A stretch of 64,000 bases of DNA from Sulfurovum sp. FS08-3 (GCA_000830175.1 JQIS01000050.1:4578-68577), one strand, 5' to 3'. Shown: positions 20,281 through 28,523, counted from the stretch's first letter. Program-made: numbers and translations. The notes: generated by a model not told the origin, from the sequence alone.

Positions 20281-21774
20281 CTAATCGATACTTAAGCCTC
20301 TTGTTGATGGTATGGTTTGGTTTGATTGGCTCTTTTGGGATGCTATTGAGGCATCGACGATATAGGTAAGGTCATTGTATTGGGGTTCAATGCGTAGTTT
20401 GGTATTGAGTTCAATGCCGTTGATTTTGAGCAGATGGGTAAGCTTGTCGTGGCGGCTACACCATCTATGGGCTGCTTGAAGATCTTTTTCTTTTTGATAG
20501 GATGAGATATTCTCTCTCTCCTCTTGGGTGGCTACTACACGCACGATTCGAGTGGTTATATCCATCGTTTGAGGGTTGAATTTGAGCATGATTTTATAAT
20601 CCTCCTCATGGGTATCGAGATAGACCATCTCCCCATTTTCAAGCTTTTGAAGACTCTCGTTTTCATTGACGACTGAGTATCCCATGGCATCAAGAGACTC
20701 TTTGAGTTTATTTAGAGCAATAGCGCGTTCTTGTTTGGCTAGAATAATAGCATTGACCTCATCGGCGATACTTCTAAACTCCTCTTGGGTAATTCTCTCT
20801 TGATTTTGCAACGTAGAGATTTTGCTCCCCACTTCGCTGCCTAGCTCCAATACCGCCAATTTTGCCAAATCCTCTCGATACATTTCGCTCCAAATAGCCA
20901 CCTCTTTGGCTTTGCCGTAATCAAGTTTGATAGACTCTAGCACCATTTTGAGTCTCTCTTCGCTCAATGAGGCAATATCACCAAATCGGCTATACGCAAG
21001 GTCGTATTTTTTGATTTTTTCTTTAAATTCATCAATAGATGCTCGTAGCCTATCAATGGGCGAAACAATCACAATGCTTTGCTCCTCCATCCCCTCTACA
21101 AGTCCCTCTATGCCCTTTTGCATCGCTAGGGCTTTTTGCTCTTTTGTGTAGTCGTCCCATGCAACTTGATACTCACTTACGAGTGAAAATTTCTCTTGCC
21201 ATGAAGCAAACTCTCCTTGAAGCTTTTGTCTTATCGCATCTATCTTGTGTGCTTGAAGCTCCAAAGTTGCATCTTTGGGAGTTTGATTAAACGCATGTGT
21301 GATACGCTCGATTTTATTCTCCATCTCCTCAAACGTTTGGCTCTCTAGTGCTTTTAGGCGATAGATTGTCTCTTTGGCTTGTAGAGAAAAATCCTCAACG
21401 ATTTTTGCATACCTTAGATTGTGTGCGGGGTCTTTGATGAGTTCCATAGTGTAGGCTTCTAGCCCCAATTGTGCCTCTTTTTTGAGCTTTGATACATAAT
21501 CGATTGTGAAATTAAACTGCCCAGTTAGCCTCTCTTGAAGCTTTTCCACCTCGCTGAGCATAAAATCAAACTCTTTTTTGAGCATCTTTTGATTGTGTTC
21601 AAAGACTTTGGTGTCTTGTTGCTTTTGATAGACCCAAATACCCACCGCAGCAACCCCAATCACCCCAATTCCCGACATTACCCCGATATTGATTGCGGCC
21701 GTAGTTGTCATAGTATTGCCCAATACCGTTACGGTTGAAACCTCTACTGCACTCACTGCTATACCTCCATACAT
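20281..21774 (-). CDS. membrane-anchored coiled-coil protein, function unknown
   Basis: 497 aa; Gly/Val-rich N-terminal TM region, long heptad-rich helical region, globular C-terminus. Confidence 0.65.
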   Translation of the reverse strand: MYGGIAVSAVEVSTVTVLGNTMTTTAAINIGVMSGIGVIGVAAVGIWVYQKQQDTKVFEHNQKMLKKEFDFMLSEVEKLQERLTGQFNFTIDYVSKLKKEAQLGLEAYTMELIKDPAHNLRYAKIVEDFSLQAKETIYRLKALESQTFEEMENKIERITHAFNQTPKDATLELQAHKIDAIRQKLQGEFASWQEKFSLVSEYQVAWDDYTKEQKALAMQKGIEGLVEGMEEQSIVIVSPIDRLRASIDEFKEKIKKYDLAYSRFGDIASLSEERLKMVLESIKLDYGKAKEVAIWSEMYREDLAKLAVLELGSEVGSKISTLQNQERITQEEFRSIADEVNAIILAKQERAIALNKLKESLDAMGYSVVNENESLQKLENGEMVYLDTHEEDYKIMLKFNPQTMDITTRIVRVVATQEERENISSYQKEKDLQAAHRWCSRHDKLTHLLKINGIELNTKLRIEPQYNDLTYIVDASIASQKSQSNQTIPSTRGLSID

Positions 21775-21787
21775 TTTTTCAAAGTTT

Positions 21788-21865
21788 TTATCGCTTCTCT
21801 ACCACAATTATACTAAAATTGTCTCTATTGTGAGAGTTATTGACCTTGTCTATGGTGCATTTGAC
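21788..21865 (-). pseudogene. relic of a PP2C phosphatase 3' end
   Basis: Encodes VKCTIDKVNNSHNRDNFSIIVVEKR-stop. 21798-21844 is 47/47 identical to 22562-22608 inside the intact PP2C gene. Confidence 0.8.
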
Positions 21866-21883
21866 TCAAAATTTTAAATACAC

Positions 21884-21913
21884 TTGACATCAAGTCATAT
21901 TTTTGACTACAAT
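21884..21913 (+). promoter_or_regulatory. candidate promoter convergent on the cassette gene
   Basis: TTGACA (21884-21889), 18-nt spacer, TACAAT (21908-21913). Confidence 0.3.
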
Positions 21914-22039
21914 GTTTCTATTAAAACTAAGTGAAGTGAAAATAGGGGAGTTCACGTGCCTCATACCCTTAAATCAATTTGTTTTGGACGAGTTGAATAT
22001 TTAGAGCTTACGGCTGGGGCGGACTGGTATGGCAAAAAT

Positions 22040-22059
22040 GTGGGGCGTTTCCCTCCCAC
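22040..22059 (-). terminator. hairpin terminator after the 133-aa cassette gene
   Basis: On the minus strand GTGGG-N10-CCCAC is followed by ATTTTTG, a few nt after the stop at 22063. Confidence 0.5.
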
Positions 22060-22062
22060 CGC

Positions 22063-22464
22063 TTAGTTTTTTAAATACTCTTCAAAATTACTTTTTTCTT
22101 TTTTATCCAAAAATACCATACTATCTTTGCATTTCACAAGCTGTCTAGTGTTTGGTTTGAATATTGTAGTAAGCTCATTTCTAAAATTATTGATTGAAAT
22201 GCCATAAATCAAATACTCTGCTTCATGCATTGTAATAAAGTTTTTAACCCCATCTTCTTTGTAGTGACAAGAGGCAATTGTATTATCCAAAAGCACTTGA
22301 AAATTGTGTTCTTCTATAAACTTTGCTTGATTTGGATGTTCAATTGATATTTTATTCGATTTCTTTCTTGTTAAGTATAGTTTTTTACTCTTGAACGTAT
22401 TTCTATGAAAATGTAAAACAATTGGATGCAAGTAGCCTAATAATATTCTATTCTTAGAACCCAA
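22063..22464 (-). CDS. hypothetical protein (cargo of the 0.7-kb insert)
   Basis: 133 aa, TTG start; TATAAT element on the minus strand about 45 nt upstream; AT-rich; no motif recognised. Confidence 0.5.
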   Translation of the reverse strand: MGSKNRILLGYLHPIVLHFHRNTFKSKKLYLTRKKSNKISIEHPNQAKFIEEHNFQVLLDNTIASCHYKEDGVKNFITMHEAEYLIYGISINNFRNELTTIFKPNTRQLVKCKDSMVFLDKKEKSNFEEYLKN

Positions 22465-22536
22465 AATATACCTTTTGAAAATTTGACAGCATTATAGCCA
22501 ATAATTTAAAAGTTACATCGCAGGTTTTAAAAGCAT

Positions 22537-23304
22537 TCACAAAAAAGGGTGCAATTTCATTTCTACCACAATTATACTAAAATTGTCTCTATTGTGAGAG
22601 TTATTGACTCTATCTATCAAGCACTCTATTGCATTTGGCTCTCCAAAGCAACTCTCCATTGTTTCCAAACTCATCGCCTCCCATACCCCATCACTGCAAA
22701 TCAAAAAGGTTTCGATGGGTTTCAATGCGATAGTTTTGATTTCAATTTGGGGCATAGTGTTGCTCAAATCGCCCACAATGGCTGAGCTTAAGAGATTTCG
22801 GTGGGGATGGTGATTGATTTTGGTACATTCAAGTAGACCCCTATCGACTAAGTTTTGCACATGGGAGTGGTCACGGCTAAGCTGTTCCAAAAAGACTCCG
22901 CTTAAGCGATAGACTCGGCTATCTCCGCTATTAAATACCGTCGCTCTATCGCCTTGCAACAAAACCCCAGCGATTGTAGAGCCAAAGTTGCGTTTGGTGC
23001 TATCTGTGAATGCTTCGCTATCAAGCCTCTTTTTGGCATTGTGAAGCGTATCAATAATGCTCTCGTGAACGCTTAGTGTTTCGTACTCTTGAAGCAATTG
23101 ACTCAAAACCAACCAACTAGCCTCTTCGCCGTTGTTCTCGCCGCCCATTCCATCGGCTAGGGCAAAGAGGGCTTTGTTGCTCTCAAAGGTTTTGTGCTGT
23201 ATGGGTTGGATTTGCGTTTGAATCAACTCTCTATCGATAAGCAGTGCATCTTCGTTGGAGTCTCTATCGCCTCGATGGCTGAAGTAGGTAGCGACGATAG
23301 GCAT
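22537..23304 (-). CDS. PPM/PP2C-family Ser/Thr protein phosphatase
   Basis: Motifs RGDRDSNEDA, ADGMGG, NSGDSRVY, CSDGVWE, RDNFSII. Confidence 0.85.
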   Translation of the reverse strand: MPIVATYFSHRGDRDSNEDALLIDRELIQTQIQPIQHKTFESNKALFALADGMGGENNGEEASWLVLSQLLQEYETLSVHESIIDTLHNAKKRLDSEAFTDSTKRNFGSTIAGVLLQGDRATVFNSGDSRVYRLSGVFLEQLSRDHSHVQNLVDRGLLECTKINHHPHRNLLSSAIVGDLSNTMPQIEIKTIALKPIETFLICSDGVWEAMSLETMESCFGEPNAIECLIDRVNNSHNRDNFSIIVVEMKLHPFL

Positions 23305-23706
23305 CTAATCCTCAATGACTACTTCAAATTCAAAAGATTGAGACAAAGAGAGTTTGAGTCCGTTTTTAAGGCGTATCTTTTTAAACTTGTTGCCTTGTAC
23401 ATAAGAGCCGTTGGTTGAGTCCAAATCCTCTACCGCCCACTCTCCTTGATGCAAAAAGAAACGAGCGTGTTGGCGTGAAATAGTCTTGAAGGCTTTAAGC
23501 TCCTCTTTGCCTACGCCCTCTCGCCCCAAAATATCGCCATCTTTGAGCGTGATAGAGAGACGGTAATCGCTATTGACAAGCTTTAATACCCTCTCTTTGG
23601 GTTTGTACTCCTCGACACTGCTAATATCGGCTAAGCAATTATCGCATAAATAGGCGGATAGCTCATTTTTGGTTTGACAAGTGGGGCAGATTTTATATCG
23701 TTCCAT
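23305..23706 (-). CDS. zinc-ribbon plus FHA domain protein
   Basis: CPTC..x..CDNC ribbon; FHA core GREG..ISRQHARF..DLDSTNGSYV; ATG 23706 preceded by GGAG. Confidence 0.8.
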   Translation of the reverse strand: MERYKICPTCQTKNELSAYLCDNCLADISSVEEYKPKERVLKLVNSDYRLSITLKDGDILGREGVGKEELKAFKTISRQHARFFLHQGEWAVEDLDSTNGSYVQGNKFKKIRLKNGLKLSLSQSFEFEVVIED

Positions 23707-24283
23707 TGAGTAGCTCCTTGCTATCGGTGATTTTGGGTATGCCCAAAACATAAAGTTGTTGATTTGTATCGACTATCTGAAGTTCTCTTTTGGTAGAGAC
23801 TCTAAACTCTTCGTAGAGCGGTTGCAATGCTTCATTGAGAACATAAAGCGTTTGATTGGCAGAGCCTCGATAGACCTCCTTGCTCTCTTGATTTTGTTCA
23901 AATCTTCCATCAATGAGGGCATCAATGTACTTCAAAATCTCTCCAAAATGCTCTTGCAGATAGGCAAACTCATAACCGCTGTAAACAAGTATATCATTAA
24001 ATCCCTTATCTCGCAACGCTTGAAGCAGAGCCAATAGAGCCTCGGGTTGCTCAAAAGGCTCACCCCCTGAAACGGTGACTCTTTGAGTATCGTATTGACT
24101 CACTTCCTCCACTATCTTGGCAACACTGCTTTTGTTTTTCTCTTTTTGTTGCCATGTATGCACCGAAATACACCCCGCACACCCCAAAGAGCATCCATCA
24201 AACCAAACGCCCACACGCTTGTTTGGACCCAACACATAAAGGGGGTAGTGGATTAAGTTTATATAGATGGTTTGATGTTGCAT
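23693..24283 (-). CDS. NrdG-like radical SAM activating enzyme
   Basis: GCSLGCAGC (CX3CX2C), VSGGEP, DGRF..x..YRGSANQ, collinear with anaerobic RNR activases; AAGGAGA RBS. Confidence 0.75.
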   Translation of the reverse strand: MQHQTIYINLIHYPLYVLGPNKRVGVWFDGCSLGCAGCISVHTWQQKEKNKSSVAKIVEEVSQYDTQRVTVSGGEPFEQPEALLALLQALRDKGFNDILVYSGYEFAYLQEHFGEILKYIDALIDGRFEQNQESKEVYRGSANQTLYVLNEALQPLYEEFRVSTKRELQIVDTNQQLYVLGIPKITDSKELLNGTI

Positions 24284-24343
24284 ACTTATCTCCTTGTGAG
24301 CTACGCTATTTATACTTGAATCGATACGTTACGGGCATATTTA

Positions 24344-24562
24344 TCATATTCGCAAATATTTTGAGATTGAACTCTCCCTTTGTCTCTCTCTATCCCCAAC
24401 GCTCGTTTGATTGAAGTGGCTATATAAAACGCCAAATTGGGCGATACAGCATTGCCTACCATCTTCATTCGCCCAAATAGTTTGAAATCCTGCTTGGTGG
24501 AAGCCTAGGTCTAAGCCACCTGCACCGCCAAAGAGGGAGAGGATATTTAATGGCTTAATCAT
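24344..24562 (-). pseudogene. remnant of a DNA cytosine-5 methyltransferase (N-terminal ~35 codons only)
   Basis: Motif [15 protein letters not shown] and WANE (motif II region), then the similarity is lost; far too short for a C5-MTase. Confidence 0.7.
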
Positions 24563-24792
24563 AAAAACTCACTTTTAATAAAAGTAACATTTGCCTGTTT
24601 TAATTGCTTCCATTCACTCTTTAAACTTCCAGCAGTCAAAACTTCATATACAAATATCCAATATTCATCAATATCATCTTTAAGAGTATTTGCTAGTTTT
24701 TTATACTTTTTGGTAACTTTAGAATGTTTTATAAACTTTTCATCATGTAAATATGCCAATAATAACAAAACAGCATCATGAGAATTTTCTAC
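24559..24792 (-). pseudogene. 3' fragment of an unknown gene truncated at the TIR-element boundary
   Basis: Frame is open from the element edge (stop at 24793-24795) with no plausible start context; its stop overlaps the MTase-remnant ATG (ATGA). Confidence 0.45.
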
Positions 24793-24794
24793 TT

Positions 24795-24915
24795 ACAGGC
24801 TAATCGGTTAGCTCCTCCTGTTACCAATCGTATCCATAAGTGATGTTTTTCTCTATTTACTGGTTCCATGGGTTACATTATAGCATATTTAGGAGGAGCT
24901 AACCGACTAGCCTGT
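24795..24915. mobile_element. 121-bp MITE-like element with 25-nt terminal inverted repeats (copy A)
   Basis: ACAGGCTAATCGGTTAGCTCCTCCT ... AGGAGGAGCTAACCGACTAGCCTGT; near-identical to 46845-46966. Confidence 0.85.
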
Positions 24916-25028
24916 TTACTTAAAATTAGAAACTGCTTTTTACGGCTTTAAAGAGCTGTGTGAAGCTGCGGTTGTCGTTAATGTCTTCGCCCATCATCAA
25001 ATAATAATAATCCAATGAAGCACCGTTG

Positions 25029-25187
25029 TCTCTCGTTCCCATCGTCTCGATGGGAATGCATACTCAAACCCCAATCTACCAAAATCTCTTAATCTCTATC
25101 AACCCATCCATTCTCTGCTTCGTCTCATGGGGTGATTATAGCACGATTGTGTCAATTTTGTATGCAGGTTGTCGTATGCATTCCACC
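25029..25187 (+). repeat. hairpin-headed dispersed element (copy 2), right edge of the island
   Basis: Near-identical to 20131-20268; extended tail TTGTCGTATGCATTCCACC is shared (inverted) with 18425-18445. Confidence 0.85.
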
Positions 25188-25225
25188 TTTAGAGAATCAG
25201 GAACGCTTCTTGCATAGAGGCTTCT

Positions 25226-26449
25226 ATGAAACAGGCAATTAAAATTAAAAACAACCTCTACTATATCGGTGTAAGCGATGCCAATATCCGAACTTTTGAC
25301 ATCATTATGAAGACTGCAAATGGGACTACCTACAATGCCTATTTGCTCAAAACCCACGAGGGGGTCATTATCTTTGATACTGTCAAAGAGGAGTTTGAGG
25401 AGGAGTTTTTTGCCAAAATAGAGTCACTTTGTAGCTACGAAGAGATCAAATACATCATCATGCACCACCTAGAACCCGACCATAGCGGGGCATTGCCAAC
25501 GCTTGCAAGTCGTGCCAAAAGTGCCAAAATCTTTATCTCTCCCATGGCACGTCCGATGCTCAAATCCATCGCCAAACAAGAGGATTTGGAGCTAGAGAAT
25601 GTTTGGACAAACAAAGAGTTGCATTTTGGAGGCAAAACGATACGCTTTTTGAGTACCCCCAATCTCCATTGGCCCGAAACCATGAGTTCGTATTTGGTAG
25701 AAGACAAAATCCTCTTTAGCGGTGATGTCTTTGGGAGTCACTACTACGACCCACGGCTTTTTGATGATTTGGTGGGGGATTTTGATTATGCCTTCAAGTA
25801 CTACTACGACCACATTATGCGTCCTTTTAAGAGCGACGTGCTTAATGCCCTAAGGCTCTACGAAAAAGCCCCTATTGATATTATTTGCAATCTACACGGT
25901 CCTATTATTCGTGAAAATCCCCAAAAGTATATCGACAAATATGCCAAATGGAGCAGTCGTGACGATAGATTGCACGGCAAAAAGATTATCTCAATATTCT
26001 ATGTCACAAGCTACAAAAACACCAAAGATATGGCACACGCTATCTACGATGGAGTCGAATCTCAAACCAATCTTATTGCCAATATTTACGATTTGACAGC
26101 TTTGGATGAGGGCAATATGCTCACTATCCTTGAGGAGTCCACGGGTGTACTTATCGGCTCTCCTACGATTAACGGTGACGTACCCAAACCCGTGTGGGAT
26201 TTGCTAAGCTGTATGATGCTCCTTGAAAAAAAGGGCAAAGTGGGCGGATGTTTTGGGAGCTACGGATGGAGTGGAGAGGCGGTAGATATGATGAATGGGC
26301 GATTGAAACACCTCAAATTTCGAGTGCCTCTAGCCCCCAAAAAGATTAAGCTTATTCCTACCAAAGAGGAGCTTTATGAGTGTTTTGCCTTTGGGGTAGA
26401 GTTTGGCGAGATTGTCAATGGCAAGATGATTGAGATGACAATGGAGTAA
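25226..26449 (+). CDS. FprA-type flavodiiron protein
   Basis: Metallo-beta-lactamase di-iron motif HLEPDHSG plus a C-terminal flavodoxin-like domain (GSPTINGD). Confidence 0.8.
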   Translation: MKQAIKIKNNLYYIGVSDANIRTFDIIMKTANGTTYNAYLLKTHEGVIIFDTVKEEFEEEFFAKIESLCSYEEIKYIIMHHLEPDHSGALPTLASRAKSAKIFISPMARPMLKSIAKQEDLELENVWTNKELHFGGKTIRFLSTPNLHWPETMSSYLVEDKILFSGDVFGSHYYDPRLFDDLVGDFDYAFKYYYDHIMRPFKSDVLNALRLYEKAPIDIICNLHGPIIRENPQKYIDKYAKWSSRDDRLHGKKIISIFYVTSYKNTKDMAHAIYDGVESQTNLIANIYDLTALDEGNMLTILEESTGVLIGSPTINGDVPKPVWDLLSCMMLLEKKGKVGGCFGSYGWSGEAVDMMNGRLKHLKFRVPLAPKKIKLIPTKEELYECFAFGVEFGEIVNGKMIEMTME

Positions 26450-26452
26450 ACC

Positions 26453-26791
26453 GTGCAAGCAAAAATCGCAAACAACACACCTCCAGAGACATTGGAAGCC
26501 AAAGTCACGCTTTTTTTGCAACGTTTTGCCAAAGACGATAGAAGCAAACATCAAATGGCCCCACTTATAGCCAAAGCCTCTTTGATGTCGAATCATCTTT
26601 ATGAGGATTTGGGTTTTGCCAATCGTATCGAGATGGGAAGATTTATGAAAGAGCATTTTCCCACTTTGGCGACTCAAAAACCCTCCGATAAGCTGTGGAA
26701 AAAATATATCTACGACTCTATCGGTGAAATCGCCCCTGCGTGTGCGACGTGTCACGATCAAATCAACTGCTTTGGGTGTTTAAGCTTTTAG
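26453..26791 (+). CDS. short NifQ-domain protein
   Basis: HLYEDLGF..MKEHFP..LWKKYIYD..CATCHDQINCFGC resembles the NifQ C-terminal signature; GTG start. Confidence 0.55.
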   Translation: MQAKIANNTPPETLEAKVTLFLQRFAKDDRSKHQMAPLIAKASLMSNHLYEDLGFANRIEMGRFMKEHFPTLATQKPSDKLWKKYIYDSIGEIAPACATCHDQINCFGCLSF

Positions 26792-27151
26792 CACAATACG
26801 CTTAAGCCAAAGCGGTGTGTTTTCATGCATAAGCTTTTGCAAAGAGCCAATCACCTCTTCGATTGTCTCATTTTCACGCGAGGCTTTGAGCGGATAGACT
26901 CCTGCTAATTTGACCATATTGGAGGCTTTGGGACCAATTTGAGCCACATAGACTATATCGCTATCTTCAAGCGATTGAATTTTGTAGGTGAGTTTATCGA
27001 CTTCATCGTGGTACTCTTGCGATGCATCAACGATTTTGAGCAACTCAAAACGCTCTTCCAATACTTCATAGATATAAAAAGCTTGAGACCAACCAAAGTG
27101 TTCATTGACGTAAACGCCATCTTTGGATGCAAAGGCTACTTTCATTATCAT
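26780..27151 (-). CDS. NifX/NifB-C-terminal family (dinitrogenase FeMo-cofactor-binding fold) protein
   Basis: MKVAFASKDGVYVNEHFGWSQAFYIYEV N-terminus typical of the family. Confidence 0.6.
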   Translation of the reverse strand: MIMKVAFASKDGVYVNEHFGWSQAFYIYEVLEERFELLKIVDASQEYHDEVDKLTYKIQSLEDSDIVYVAQIGPKASNMVKLAGVYPLKASRENETIEEVIGSLQKLMHENTPLWLKRIVLKA

Positions 27152-27160
27152 TCTCCCTTT

Positions 27161-28132
27161 TTAGATAATATAAATCCAAATCTTCTCATCTATGACTTGC
27201 GAGAGGGTATTTTTGATAAGTTCATAGGTCGATGTAGCCCCCAGATTGCACCCTGCACAATTGCCCAAATAGGCGAGTCTTAATTCAATATTGGGATCGT
27301 TTCGATACTCCAATAGCGTAATATCTCCGCCATCTTTGATAAGTATGGGGCGGATATAACGGGTAAGTGCGTCGTTGATAATCTCAAGCTGTTGTGCGGT
27401 GGTTTTGGCTCTAAAGGCTTTGTTTTCTGTTGCTCCAACAGGGGGTGTTTTGTCGGCTCCGCCCATTTGGGATAGTGCCATGGGGTGTCCGCTTTGGGCT
27501 GCTTTGAGCATGGCATCAAATCCCTCTTTGAGCAGGTTTTCATCGGTTCTATCTTTGAGCAATAAAAGTCCCAATCGAAAACAAGCGCTTTGATGATCTT
27601 TGGCTACGGCTTTGCGGTAGTACTCTATGGCTCTATCCGTATCCTCTTCTACACCAATCTTGCTTTGGTACATCAAGGCTAAGTTGTAATTGGCGGACTC
27701 ATTATCGTAAGCGCTTCCTTTTTCAAACCACTCACGGGCTTTGGTGTAATCTTTCTCTACTCCCTCGCCTTTGAGATACATCAAGCCCAAATTGGTCATG
27801 GCTTGGTCATTTTTCATCGTAGCTTCACGACTCCATATCTCAAAAGCTTTGGCGTAATCTTTGGCTCTATAGGCCTTTAACGCTTCTCTGTGTTGCATAA
27901 ATCGTACTCCCTCGTTTGGTTTTGGCAACTCTTTGCCCCGTTCTAATTGTCGTGCGATGTGTTTACGCAGACACTGTGTTGCCATCTCGATAGCCTCATA
28001 GGGGTCTTCGCTGCTCCCTTTGATATCAAAATCGGTATAGATAGCCAAATAGGCATCGCCTATCTCATGCTCTCCTGGATAGACCTCTATGGGGTAATCA
28101 AGACTCATATAGTACTCTACATCTTTGCCCAT
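27161..28132 (-). CDS. fusion protein: HicB-like N-terminus, Sel1-type repeats, NifU/Nfu C-terminal domain
   Basis: KDVEYYMSLDYPIEV parallels the HicB-like protein at 50753. Repeated A..Y.KA/GxxxA..NLG.MY units. C-terminus IRPILIKDGGDITLLEY..GNCAGC. ATG 28132 after AAGGGAG. Confidence 0.6.
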   Translation of the reverse strand: MGKDVEYYMSLDYPIEVYPGEHEIGDAYLAIYTDFDIKGSSEDPYEAIEMATQCLRKHIARQLERGKELPKPNEGVRFMQHREALKAYRAKDYAKAFEIWSREATMKNDQAMTNLGLMYLKGEGVEKDYTKAREWFEKGSAYDNESANYNLALMYQSKIGVEEDTDRAIEYYRKAVAKDHQSACFRLGLLLLKDRTDENLLKEGFDAMLKAAQSGHPMALSQMGGADKTPPVGATENKAFRAKTTAQQLEIINDALTRYIRPILIKDGGDITLLEYRNDPNIELRLAYLGNCAGCNLGATSTYELIKNTLSQVIDEKIWIYII

Positions 28133-28145
28133 TGCGACTCCCTTT

Positions 28146-28523
28146 TTAGTGACATCCGCATTGGCAACTTTGCCCTTCGCCTGGGTCGAGAAGCTCATTG
28201 AAATTGGTAGAATCAAGTTGGGTAAATCTCCCCCAATTGATAAAAATCTCATCAATACTCACATAGCGATGTTGGGCGGTGTAAACGCTTATGGCGTGTT
28301 GCTCAAACGCACGGTAAACACCCTCGCCCATGTGGTAAAAGATAGTCGAATCGACACCCAACGATTTCAAAAATTTAGCGCATTTAGGACCCTCTCCTTG
28401 AGTGGCATTTTCGACGACACTAAAAACACCGCTCGTCTCATCAAGCAGTGCAAAATAGGGAGCTTTTCCGTAGAGATCACAAAGGGTTGTGGCATCTTTG
28501 GTATGCATAGGTATGGCTATCAT
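28146..28523 (-). CDS. NifX/NifB-C-terminal family protein (second copy)
   Basis: MIAIPMH..LYGKAPYFALLD pattern; Cys-rich tail CQCGCH. Confidence 0.5.
   Translation of the reverse strand: MIAIPMHTKDATTLCDLYGKAPYFALLDETSGVFSVVENATQGEGPKCAKFLKSLGVDSTIFYHMGEGVYRAFEQHAISVYTAQHRYVSIDEIFINWGRFTQLDSTNFNELLDPGEGQSCQCGCH

Noticed and set aside
21914-22062. Known structured RNA (tRNA, tmRNA, SRP, 6S) in the transcript predicted from the 21884 promoter
   Set aside because: There is no cloverleaf, no T-loop GGTTCGA-type sequence and no SRP or tmRNA conserved blocks. It is retained only as a hypothetical convergent transcript.
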